NCBI GenBank assembly: GCA_946965045.2
Contig: OX337239.1
Coordinates: 682,001-746,000, forward strand
Direction: 5' to 3'
Source: Epithemia pelagica
Taxonomy: Eukaryota > Protista > Bacillariophyta
DNA: 64,000 nucleotides
The translations under genes and the position numbers were made by a program. The first letter of the stretch is position 1. Every line of letters starts with the position of its first letter. Under the pieces are notes generated by a model. It had not been told where the DNA came from. It made no database searches and saw nothing but the letters and a program-made list of their open reading frames with translations. This document shows positions 32,467-44,538 of the stretch, in pieces.

Positions 32467-33488
32467 TGTCCTACTTTCTTGCTTGGACCTGAAAACGAAT
32501 AGGAGAAGAACGTCCGACCGGAGCAGTAGTGATTCTCTTCTTGTTGGGATGTCTATTGGGAGAGGATCGAGGATCGGCCGTGTGGCCACAACAGACCGAC
32601 GGAGACGAAAGATTCGCCCCCAAGATTCGGTGGAATGGGAACGCACATGAATCGCCCACAACAGCAGTCTCATTGATCCCAACACGATTTCCCACTCTCA
32701 AACCGACGCCCCGGAACGAACATTGGTCGGTCGCGGAATCTGGAATATCCTCCGATTGAGAGTTGAGAGTCCAGCGTTTACACGCTTTGAATTTTCTCTT
32801 TTCTCGGAGGACATTACCACACTGGTATCAGACAACTCTGTGTACTAGGTAGCTCACCTTAGTTAGAGTCGAACTATTGTAGTATTGATTGTACCGCCTC
32901 GAGTCCCAAATCGAATTTGGCTCGTGCAGTGCGATCGTGAAAGGACAGTCCCGAAGCATTCCCGATTGCTCTATTTAATTCCTCGTTGGGAAAACCCCAA
33001 TCAGATTGTGTAGTAGGTTAATTCGCGAGGACTTAAGAAGCGGGTTCCGTTGCCCGGGATTTGGCATCGGGTGTTTCCCTACAGAATTCTATATTATGTA
33101 GAGTAGAAATACGACTACCTTGTGTACAGTCGAACAACACCCCAATGGGGTGGTGTCGTTCTCGAGTCTACCCCGACCATCTGTCTCTCAAGGATCGGAA
33201 ACAAAACATGCATACAAGAGAGAGGCACATGACAAAGAGCCTTAGTCCCGCTTTCTTTTGTCTGTGTGGAGTTTGGATGTAGCACAGTCGTTGCTGCAGC
33301 AACCACAATTCCGAATCCTTCCAAGTTGAGAACGCAAAGAGAGCATTGAAAACCACACACGTGTGTGTTGCCTTTTGTGTGTGTGTGTGTTACGACAACC
33401 ACAACCACAAACTTTGTGTTGCGTTCCTTTGATTTATCTTTTGTTGGCGCAACAACAACACCAAGGTGCTTTTCGATCTATTCATTCC

Positions 33489-34393
33489 ATGACGAGTGCA
33501 TCACCGTTTCGCATTCGGCGTGCCTCTCTCACCTCCACATCTCCAACGACAACTCCATCAACTCCATCAACCACCATGCCTCCTCCCTTGGAACAACAAC
33601 TCATGCATCAATACAAGTTTTTGCGGTATCGAGAGGCCCATGCCATTGTGCAAACGGCGCGGCGGCAGCACGCGCAACCATCGACTAGGAGCAGTACGAG
33701 TACGACACGCACCACGGCCGCCTCTCCCGAAGTGTGGCAAGCCTGCCAAGACGAGTGTCAACGCTTGTTCGTGTTGCAGCAACAACAACAGCACGAACCA
33801 CCACCAAAATTGGACCCCTCGGCGTCTTCTCCCAGTAGCAGTAGCAGCAATCACCGCAACTCGAGTCCTCACAAAATCCCCACCACCGTTGTGACTCCCA
33901 AGAAACGATCGACTACCATCACCACAACTTCTCCTGCTTCTTCTCCTCAGTACAATGGAGGCGGCGGCAGTGGTCGTAGTACCACCAGTACACAAAGTAC
34001 CAAAACCAATACTTCCATGGCATCCTCCTCCTGGTCCACTCTGGACGTGGAAGAAGAAGTAGGGGTAGTGGCGACTTGCAGGGACACTCACACTCACCAC
34101 AGTTGTGCTGCTGCTGCTACTGGAGGAACCACTCCAAGGACAGCCACGACTCCATCCGTCCGAATGGAGGATCCTCCTCCCAAGGCCGTGGTCTTGGTTC
34201 GCAAACAACGGCAGTCTCTCCTGGCTCACAATCCGCACCAAGGATCGTCGTCTCCCAAACAACCCCAACGCAGTCCCACACCGTCCAAGCAACAACAATC
34301 TCAACAACCACAATCTCAACAACAACGACTGGTCGAGGCGGGCCCCCGAAAACGAGGTGGTGCCTCTCCCTTTCGGATTCGAGTCAAGGCACC

Positions 34394-34435
<42 letters not shown>

Positions 34436-37400
34436 ACCACCACCACCCCAATCGTCTTTGTCTCCCACGGCGTCTCACGTTCCGGCGGCCCGCAAACGAT
34501 TGGCCTTTCCCCTCTTGTTTCGCAATCCCACTCCCACCAAACCCCGAACCACGAATCCTGGCTCCTCCAACTCTTCTTCCTCCGCGCCGTACAACGAGGA
34601 CCCGAATCATGCTCCTTCACAACCCCAACAACACAAGAAGAACCACCACCACCACAAGAGTCCAGGTGCCATGGTGACTGAGACTGGTGGCCGGAGTACC
34701 ACTCCTCGACGACAAGCCCGTCGATCGTCCTTGCCGTCCAGTCCAGTCTCGACAACTCCTCTGGTCACCAAGAAGAAGGTCCTGTTGCCGAGTAGTGGTG
34801 CTAATTCTCCAGGTCATCACCCTCCTACGACTCCCACCACAGGAGGCGGCACCCACAATCATCGACGTCAGTCACGACGATCGGCTCTCCCCTCCAGCAG
34901 CACCACTTCAAGTCCCCAACCGGAACAAGGAGGAGATTCCTCCTCACCGTCCAGTGGCTTTTATTACCCGGCCCAAAAAAAGGTTCGATCTCCCACCAGT
35001 GCTACCACGAGTACTACGAATGGCAGCACCCCATCCTCCAACAACAACCACAAGACGACTTGTACCAGCAACACCCCTCCTCCTCGTTCCTCCGAACCAA
35101 GAGGAAGCCGACGAGCCTCCCTCTTGCCCTTGGCACCCTTGGCCTTGGGTCGTGAGACCCAACCACAAGAAGAACAAGAAGAACCTACGACAACAATGAC
35201 TGCAGCTCCAGTAGTCAGGGCTCGAAAAAAGACCACCCACGCAGTCCGAACCGCCGCAGCCGCACCAAGTCCACAACCAGCCAAGAAACACCACCACCAA
35301 CAACACCGTGTCTCCTCCAAAAAGAAGCACCCGCAACACAAGACCACCACCACCGTCGTGGCTGCCCCCACCACCACCACCACCACGCATCATCATAGCA
35401 ATACGACAACCATTACCATTACCACCACTGGGGAACAACCACCACCACCACAAGAATCGTCCTCTGGAACTACCACCACAGATGCCGGACCACAGCAACA
35501 ACAGCATCATCCAGGAGTCGTGGTGGTGGTCAGCACGACACCCACAACGACGCATCCACCAACGGAAGAAGAACAACAAGAACAAGAAGAGACAACGGAA
35601 CGTTCCGACGATACGGCGTGCTTGTCTCCAGCGGCTCGACTGTTACCCACCTCCTTACAACAACAACAACAACAACAACCATCATCACCATTGCCCAGTC
35701 AGCACCAGCATCACCGTCGTCGTTCGCTCGCATCCACCACCACCACCACAACTCCAACGTCACCCATTCAACGCTTATCGCCCCGAGTCTTGAGTGTCTT
35801 TGAACAATTTCCGCATGCGGCACCTCCCCTGCCTCCTCCTTCTCCCCATGTGACACCGTTACGACAACGAAGGAGTAGTATTGGTACGACGAGAACCACT
35901 CCCATTCAGAGCCGTTGCAGTACGCCCCACCACCACCAAGCCGCACAATCACCACAACCACTTCCCGTGACGCCAGGCTCCTCCTCTCGTGGTGGTCGGG
36001 AACGATCGTCGGCCCCCCTGCGACAACGACAACACCAACACCAGTCTCCCCCAGCAGCAGCAACGACCAAGACGACGACAATGAAAACAACGAGACCTCC
36101 TCCTGTGGTCGTCGAATTGACTTCCAAGAAACCCCAGGGCAGTGATGTCGCGCCTTCGGCAGCAGTGCGAGCACCTTCCTTGGTCAAGAATCTCTGGGAC
36201 GACGACGACGACGACAAGGATCCAGTTGGAGTCCAACGTTGGAACAGCAGCCGTCCCGATGAGGCAGCCAAGGATACCAGCAGTGCCAGTGAAGACGAAG
36301 ATTATAAGGATGATGATGAAAGTATTCAGAGTCATGAATTTGATGTGCAAAGTCAAGAACTAATGCAAGATCCAGACGATGACGACGAGGATGACGACGA
36401 GGATGACGAGGATCATGATTGTCACTTGGACGATAGTTATAGCAATGGCGAAGATGAAGTTGTCATTTTGTTTGAACCCAAGGAGGAAGAAAAGGGCAAG
36501 ATCCAGGACAGCAATTCTTGGTGGATGCTCTTTGAGGATGAACCCAACAACAAGACCACGGGTGGTTCCAACGGTTACAGCAACAACAATGATACCACAC
36601 GATCCACCCGGACGTCGACCACGGCCATTTCTGTGGGAGCCTCCGAACCAGCCGTACCAGCACGACGACGATCTTCGTTGGCTGCCAAATGGACGGCAGT
36701 GGTACAGAGTTCCAAGACCAAAGAGGTGCCCTTGTCATCCTCCCCATTGACCAACACCATGGAGACAACAACATCACCCAAGCCACTCTCCCCCCATGTC
36801 TTGTGCCGGTTCAAAAATGCCGTACCACCCTCCACGTCACCTCCGGCACCGTCAGCCTCCGTGACCTCGACGGCATCGTCACTCATTTCAGACTATCTCC
36901 ATCCTTCTCCACAATCGTCCCAGTCGTCCCTCCAGATGCTGGGCCATGATGATAATGATCGTAGTAGTCGCAGCCGCAAGTCACGCACCAGCTCTCCCAG
37001 CCGATTGGTCAATTTCCCCAACATTCAACAGGCGAAAAAACAATTGGAACATGAAGAATTGTCCACCACAGAGGAACCACGACGACGACGGTCCTTGTCC
37101 GTATCACGATCGGCATCCAGTGAAAACCTCATGCTTCCAGCTTCCTTGCGCATTGACAAAAAGGCTACGAGTTACAAAAAGAGGAGTGATGATCGAAAGA
37201 GTTGGTGGAACAGTCGCGATCGTGGTGATGATGAGGACGACAACAATAACACGAATGCACCCCTCCATCGTCATTCCGTAACAGGTGTCGTGGGACACTC
37301 GTCGTCGTCCTCTTCATTGTCCGTGTCATCGTCCACAACTGGTCCATCGTCCCCCTTGAAACGAGAAGAAGAACCCTTGTTCCCTGGTAGTCATCATCAA

Positions 37401-37604
37401 CTATCTAGGCGATCCATGCGTCGCATGATCTTGGTGGCTGGATATGATGGCTACGATTACCAATTGCAACAAAATTCGACACGAAGTAATCGCACCTGTG
37501 GGGGAAATAGCTTTTGCAACAACAACAACAAAGGCTCGACCGATGATATGAGTGTCACAGAAAGTCTCACATCCACTGGAAGCTCCTTGGAGTTTGCCTG
37601 TTAA
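33489..37604 (+). CDS. Large (1371 aa) intrinsically disordered S/T/Q/P/H-rich protein
   Basis: Uninterrupted 4.1-kb ORF with poly-Q/T/S tracts and a short helical segment near the N-terminus. No domain was recognised. Confidence 0.7.
34395..34436 (+). repeat. (CAACAG)6 CAACAA coding poly-Q14
   Basis: Directly visible. Confidence 0.95.
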
Positions 37605-38759
37605 CACAAACATGAATGGTCCCAACTATATGAATAGAAACCAAATGTCATCACCACCTACTTTTATCTCTCTATAGTATAGAATCATGTAGGATGCTTC
37701 GAGGGCCAACCCTTACTGTATTCTTGCCATGTCTCGTTTGGCCGGATACAAGAATGTTTGTGAATGTGACCACATGACATGCAGTCGACAGAAAGGCATT
37801 TTGTCCGCCTTGGTGAAGATTGACATCGAGAAAACTACCTATTCCAAAAAGTCCTTCTTGGACCGGGACGCCTGTACTCTTCTACCGAAACGTGTTGTTG
37901 TGGATGGAAACACAACGAAGAATCTCGTCATTTTTCCGATTGAGTACTTACGAGAACTTTGTCCTCTTTCCTCATTTATGTACCGTCCTGCAACAACACG
38001 AGCCCAAAGTACCAGAGTATATGCCCATCTGGGACTATCCTCCATTCGGATCGCATCCTCTCTCTCTCAGACACGTGACGTGGTCATGGTTGATTGATCT
38101 TCGTACCTTTTATTGCCTGTGTTCTTGTTGGTTGTTAGCTCGTCTTCTCTCTTAGTCTCTCCAGTCGCTCCCCGAATCAATTTTGTGAGAGGACTTGGCG
38201 CTTGTACTCGTAGAGTCCCCACTCCCCACCATTTTCCAGAATATGGGCATAATCAAATTACATCCTTTGATCTAACTCGTACGACTACTCCTACAATAAT
38301 AGGAGTATATGAGAATGATGTACGAGTACCAGTAGTGTTGGTCGCGCACCGTCCACGTGCATCTTGGTTGGGCTCATATGGAAAGATTGGCTTCGCCTCT
38401 CCACACGATCTCTCGTGCGAGAACGTGATTCGAAACCGTGAACAGTCCACAACACAAGAGAACATACCTTACTCTAAGAACCGATCATGGGAATGACAAA
38501 ATAATAATGTCATTGTGTGTAATGCATCTTCGCGTTGGGCGCTCCGTTTGGGACGATTACGACACCATGATTCCAGAAGAAGAAAAAGACACCCAAAAGA
38601 CAAAAACGTTGCCGTCCCCCACAAGAGACCTCACACAGAGTTTAGTCTCCTTGTCCTCATCATCATCCTTGCATTCCTTCCTTCCTTCATTTTCGCCTGA
38701 TTCAATTGTCCCATTGCGATCCAAAAGTGTCTGCCACTGTCTCATTTTCCGCTACCACC

Positions 38760-40403
38760 ATGCCGCCCCTTTTAGCGGAACCACAATTTGACTCCACAAC
38801 CACAACGAACCACACGGAGGATGGGAATGTTGTGACGATCTCGAATGGTTGCTCGTTGTTGCCACAGCCACAACAACAACAACCACAACAACAACCTGAT
38901 GACAAAGACCCGGCAGCACCAGAAACGGAACCAACATCAACATTGGATTGTACCTATGAGAAGCAAGGCAACTCCCACGACAAACTCCAAACCAAAACGA
39001 ACAAGAACGCCAAGAATGACAACACGAGCCAGAGCAGCCACCACCACCACAAGACGACAACTCGTCCTGCTTCTTCCACCACAGCCAAGCGACGAAATTC
39101 CACTACTTGTTCCTCCTCCTTGAAACAACAAAAACAGCAACCAAAGGAAGGCACCAGAATGTCCAAGTCCAACACCACCACCCAAAAGAGAAGCACATCC
39201 AAGCGTCCCATTCGTCCTCCTCCTCCTTTTTCCATGATTGTCCTTGATCCGACTGTACGACAGCCAGGTCCATTGGGCAATCCTCCATCCTAGATGGATA
39301 GTACCGATTCTCCTACTCACAAGGATGGCAACCAGGAACCATTGGCCTCCTCCTCGTCTGCACAACCACAATCACCAATGCCCAGTGCCGCAGCCAACAC
39401 GAGTCCTTCTCCTCCTCCTTCAACTACACCGTGCAATCATTACCCATTGACACCCTCTCCTCCTCCTCGACAAGAACGGCGGCATAGTAGTTCTGTTGTG
39501 GACCACCATTCCTTGAATACTCCCCTTGTCATGTCTCCGTCTGTATCACCTCGCAAACATCATGACAAGTCGGCCCATCCTCAGTGCTGGCCTCCTCCTC
39601 CTCCTCTCGAACCGACCCGCCACAATCCTAAAATGGCAGGCATGCCATGCGCATCTCCATTCCCCAAGTCACCCTCCAAACATCGCCATTCGAGTAGTAC
39701 CCCTCAGCAACTACCATCACCACGTTCCCAACGACGAGACGTGGGAGGAGAGGGAGGAGGAGGCTTGCACTCATGGTCATGTCCAGCAGCGGCACGAGCC
39801 GACGGTTCCTCCTCCCAGTCGTCGAATACCTCGAAATCTTGCATGTCCTCTTCTCCACAGGGTCGTCGTCGTCCTTCCACAAGAACCAGCAGAGCACCAG
39901 CCGCACCACCACCACCTCCTCCTCTCTTTGCATCTTCGGCAGTGTTGTCACCTCGTCGTTCCAGCAAGGACCACAACCCGCAGAAACTCACCAAACCCCA
40001 AAATCCACAGAGCCATGACACAAGGATCCAAAACAATGATGATCATGACGACGACAACGACGACAAGTATCCGGATATTTCTCATTCGTCCTTCCTTTCG
40101 ACTCCAACGCACACGACGGGATATTCCAATCCAAATGATGATTCCAAGGAGTGCAACTTTTACAAAAACACGGACAGTTCTCTGCGAAACGACGCTGCAC
40201 CTCCCGAACCATGCCATCGTCGCTTCTCCTCCTCGTTCGGTCCTACACTTCCCCCACCACTCCCACCCACATCACCAACCGTCCAACAACGACGACGATT
40301 ATCGTCCTACGAACGACGACCCAGTTTGTTGGATCGAGTCGGAACCTTGATGTGTCTGGCACATGCGTTGCCCGCAACAACGGCGTCGCAACCATCCCAC
40401 TAA
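38760..40403 (+). pseudogene. Disordered-protein copy B with an in-frame TAG at 39291-39293
   Basis: Colinear with 17085-18602. Copy A reads GCA TCC TTG ATG and copy B reads CCA TCC TAG ATG. Confidence 0.75.
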
Positions 40404-40849
40404 CGAACCAACTATAGAGGTAGAGGAGCTGAACAGTGCCAGGTCCCAACCACCACCACTGTACCTAGTAAGTACCACCACAAAAGCACCAGCACATGGC
40501 ATGTGACCGACCAAAGAAGAGGAGGGGGCAGAAGAGAGAATGGCGGCGAGCCGTGGCCATTCCTTTCGCTGCTCGACCGGCAACACAAACACACAAGCAA
40601 CAAGAGGACGTTGGGGCTGTGATTGCTTGCTTATTTGCATGGAACAGATTACCAGACCACACTGCATTGTTGTTTCTTGAGTTTTTGTCTAGCGGTATAT
40701 CCAATGATTGGGGGTTTAAAACTAGATTTTCGATGAGTTTATCCAAAAGGACGAAAAATGGTTCGTGGTGTCTCTTGCTGTTGCAGGAAGGGTCTTTTTT
40801 GTAAAGGGGAATACTCGTGTATACCAATAATACTCGAGGAGAGTTTCTG

Positions 40850-41605
40850 TCAATTCTTCTTATATGTCCGTTGTGTTGGGTGATTGGACACACGGTTGTC
40901 CTCCTCCTGCTCCTCCTCGTCGTCATTTTCCATTATTATTATTATTATGCTTTGGTGTTTTTTTGGCGTGGTTTGTATAGATAGTCGTATGGTTTGTTCT
41001 TGTTTTGGTTGGTTGTTTTTACGAGGCCCACAAGGCGCATCCATCCAAGGGCATGCGTTGACACACCGTGTTACCATTCTGTGGAGTAGTAGTGATCCAC
41101 AAGGTGGCCAATGGTTCGTGGTGGTGTGTGGCTGTTGGTGGTGTGTGGCATCGTGTCCATTGGCTCGGGCCGATGGTGGTTCGCGCAAAACGGCCGCAAA
41201 CCAGTCGTGCCATTCCAATCGAGCCAAGCGTGCCACGAGACGAGACAGGGTGGCCAAATTGCCCGATGGAATGGACAAGCCCAAGGTGTGACCGACCCGT
41301 TGAATGTCGGCAAGGTGGGTGGCGGTGGCTCCCGGTCCTTGTGCTTGCACGACGACAAAGTCCAACAATTCTTGTTGCAACCGAGTACAATTGGGTGGAC
41401 CGACCAAATTTTCTCTTCCATGAATTGGTGAGGGAATGTGACCTCCCGAGGAGGCATAGTCACGGGCCTTGTACCAAAAGTCCTCCAAGGCGGCGCTATT
41501 CGAATCCAACAAATCCAATATACCCGTACAAGTAGAAGAAGGAGACGACGAAGAAGAAGAACTTGCAGTCTTGTCCAAACCTTGATTTGCTGAAGCACTA
41601 GACAT
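40850..41605 (-). CDS. Hypothetical protein; gene model uncertain
   Basis: Open frame with a globular-looking helical core (LEDFWYKARDY..LARLEWHDWFAAVL). It may extend into 40465..40926 by splicing or frameshift, which is unresolved. Confidence 0.4.
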   Translation of the reverse strand: MSSASANQGLDKTASSSSSSSPSSTCTGILDLLDSNSAALEDFWYKARDYASSGGHIPSPIHGRENLVGPPNCTRLQQELLDFVVVQAQGPGATATHLADIQRVGHTLGLSIPSGNLATLSRLVARLARLEWHDWFAAVLREPPSARANGHDATHHQQPHTTTNHWPPCGSLLLHRMVTRCVNACPWMDAPCGPRKNNQPKQEQTIRLSIQTTPKKHQSIIIIIMENDDEEEQEEDNRVSNHPTQRTYKKN

Positions 41606-42270
41606 GATGACGATGAGATAATGGGGATGAGATAATGAGGAGGGGGTGGAGGAGGATAATGGAAGTAGCCTTGCACGATCCTTCATGCATTTCGTGGTGT
41701 TGGTGGGTTCGGTTGTGGTTCGCATTTTCTACCCGGAACCAGAACTAACCCGGATGAAGAAGTGCGACCTTCTGTAGAATTTGAAGCGGATAGAGACACT
41801 TTGACTGTCGGATTTCCAGTAGATGACACACTGTCGGTGACAGCCGGCTGCTTCCAAGGGGTTCGGTGGAAGTTCTTCCATCCATCAGTCCTGTTTCGAG
41901 CCAAATTGGTTGACATCATCGGTCGTTGTTACACGACAGAACACACGCCATGAGGATGCCAACGTCAAGATCGCAGTCTCGACACTCGACACCCATTCAC
42001 GTTTCACCATTGATGACCCAAGCATTCTCACTCCTCTCTCTTGTTGTTGTTCGCCGTGCTGTTCTCAAAAAACAACAACATCAAACTCCAAGAAGAACCA
42101 ACCCAAAACGTTCTTACGCATTCATTTACTGAATACTTTATACTATCCAAAGTCTCTCGTGTCAGACAACAACCACGCTCTTGTTGACACCACCACACCA
42201 CGACCGTCTTGCTTCCTCCGTACAGGGCTCCTCACAAAACGACAAGTACAGCAACAACAACATCTACCTC

Positions 42271-43785
42271 ATGTTACTCGTAACTTTTGCCAATCTGATG
42301 CGTCATCATTATGCTGTCCAACGACAACAACACCACATGGTGGTGTCCCTGCTGACGGGTCGACGACTCATGATCTGCTGGTGGACCGTCCTTCTCCTCC
42401 TTGTCGTTGGGTGTGAGACGGTGCGAGCCCCTCCTCCCACTTCTGTGAGCATGGGTTCCAGCAGCGAGACGGCCACCACAACCACCACAACCATGCGGAC
42501 ACCGTGGTTCTACCATTCTCCAGTTTCCTTGCGACTACTGGGTCCTGTCGTACGGCACGAAGCCGTGACACCATCACCACCACAACATGACGACAACGAC
42601 AGCCGGTTGCTCTTTTGGTCGTCCTTTGACTTTTCCTTGGATGCCGCCTTGCAATCGGTGGGTCCCATTCATGACGTCTTGCAGCAGCAACAACAGCTCC
42701 AGGACAAGAACCAGGAAGGAGAAGGGGTTCCGCCCCACAATCAGAGTCTGTTTGGTTCACCAACGGACCGCACTCCCGAGGAAACCAATGCTTCCTTGTT
42801 CCGGGCCCACGAATCGGCCGTCCTGTCCCCGATTCCCCGTGGTGGAGCCAATCTCTTTGGTGGAGGATCCGCCCATCGTCCCTACACGTTTCGCTTGTAT
42901 CAAAAGGGCGATGGGAGTGACCAGGATCCCAATGGCATTCCCACGCGATACTTGGCCATGCACCAGGGCAATCGAGACCTGGCGAAACAATCCTTGGCGG
43001 CCACCTTGACCTGGCGTCAGGACAATGCCATTGACGAAATTTTGGCCCGTCCCCATGCCCAATTTGATCGAGCCAAAGCCGTGTGTCCGCACTACTTTTT
43101 GGGTCGCGACGACGCCCATAATGTCATTTTTTTGCAACGACCGGCCCTCATGGATTTTGCCCGGGCCAAGACATTGGGATTGACTCATGATGACATGTTG
43201 CGCCATTACATTTATGTCAATGAATACTTGTGGCAAGTCTTGGAGGGAAACAAACCATTGGGAACCATGACGAGTATTTTGGATTTGACGGGCTTGCAAA
43301 TTTCCATTTTGCGACGTCGCGATTTGGTAGCCTTTTTGAAAACCTTTGTCCAAACCATGGATGCGCACTTTCCCCAACGCGCGCACAAGACGCTCCTTGT
43401 CAATGCGCCCCACTGGGTCAATGCCTTGTACAAACTCTGTGCGCCCCTCATGCGAGAATCCACCAAGGCCAAGATTGAAATTCATTCCGTGGGACGCAAA
43501 CAAGATGAGGCCCTCCGCAAATACTTGCCCCTCACGGTCCAACAACAATTGCCCGACAGTTTTTGGAGCAAGAACAAAAAGAACAAGAAGAAACATGGCG
43601 GCAAGGGAAAAGAACAAGAACAAGACGAGGCAATTGACAACAACAACAAGAGAACCAAGAAAGCCAAGGTAGCTCCTGAGTCGGCTGTCTTTACCTCCAA
43701 ACTCGAAGACGATCTTCGAGCGTTTGTGGTGGCACGACTCAAGGATGCCAACACCAAAATGTTGCCCGTTCCCCCCACCAAATGA
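42271..43785 (+). CDS. CRAL-TRIO/Sec14-domain lipid-binding protein with an N-terminal hydrophobic leader (paralogue 1, intronless)
   Basis: IPTRYL..TLTWRQDNAIDEIL, HYFLGRD, SILDLTGL, MDAHFPQRAHKTLLVNAP and STKAKI are Sec14-type motifs. Confidence 0.9.
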   Translation: MLLVTFANLMRHHYAVQRQQHHMVVSLLTGRRLMICWWTVLLLLVVGCETVRAPPPTSVSMGSSSETATTTTTTMRTPWFYHSPVSLRLLGPVVRHEAVTPSPPQHDDNDSRLLFWSSFDFSLDAALQSVGPIHDVLQQQQQLQDKNQEGEGVPPHNQSLFGSPTDRTPEETNASLFRAHESAVLSPIPRGGANLFGGGSAHRPYTFRLYQKGDGSDQDPNGIPTRYLAMHQGNRDLAKQSLAATLTWRQDNAIDEILARPHAQFDRAKAVCPHYFLGRDDAHNVIFLQRPALMDFARAKTLGLTHDDMLRHYIYVNEYLWQVLEGNKPLGTMTSILDLTGLQISILRRRDLVAFLKTFVQTMDAHFPQRAHKTLLVNAPHWVNALYKLCAPLMRESTKAKIEIHSVGRKQDEALRKYLPLTVQQQLPDSFWSKNKKNKKKHGGKGKEQEQDEAIDNNNKRTKKAKVAPESAVFTSKLEDDLRAFVVARLKDANTKMLPVPPTK

Positions 43786-44538
43786 TGATATGAGAATGCC
43801 AAACACAAACAGAACTCCAGTGAGAGTCAGTGTGGAATTTTTCGGGACCACGTTGGTACCAGAAGAGAGAACCCCCCACAACACAATGGCGACACAGTTC
43901 CAGGACATGGAATGTATGGACCGAAAAGCCTGGCAATAGACTGGTTCGCGTGTTACACGCAGGGATGCAGTTCCTGCAACTGGATCCATAATAATAATAA
44001 TAGAAAAGTAGAGAAACCACAGTATGGACCACAGCATTCTCTAGGAGTGTTTTATTTTTGTGGATGGAACCATGTGCTTGGTGCATGTCTCGTGTCGGTG
44101 TCATCCCAATCATACCATGCATGCACTGTCCAGATCCTCCACTGCACCAGAGGCGCCAACCAGCTGTGACGAGGTGTTGGGAGGAGAATGCCATTGGGTT
44201 TGCCAATCTCCGACTCCATTGCTCTCCATCCTCGTGGGCCTTTCTACAGGGGTGGAACTGATATTCCGGACTTGGGTTTTCTGGATTCTATACATAGTAT
44301 TATTCTTATTATTATGGTATTGGTGGATTGGACGTGGGGTCCTGGCACACGTTTGTGTCCGCGTTGGCGTCTTGGAGAGCATGGCAAAAGAGTCATGGAT
44401 GAATTGGAGGGTTCCTTCCAAACTCTTGGAAGGAATCAGGGTCCACATAACTGCGGTGCCCACTCTTCTTTGGACCATGTGCCATACCAGTCCCAATACA
44501 CTACCCTACCAACAAACCAAAGAAACAAGATGGTCGTT

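Noticed and set aside
33576-33600. MPPPLEQQ resembling the starts of the duplicated disordered proteins (MPPLLAEPQ, MSPLLLEPQ)
   Set aside because: The similarity does not extend beyond a few low-complexity residues.
37729-38097. 122-aa ORF and opposite-strand 68-aa ORF between the two disordered genes
   Set aside because: No recognisable motif, splice signal or paralogue support.
11528-39293. Stop-codon reassignment or readthrough to explain the in-frame TAG/TAA codons
   Set aside because: TAA, TAG and TGA all end intact genes here. The internal stops replace different residues (E, L, L), and each is one substitution from the expected codon.
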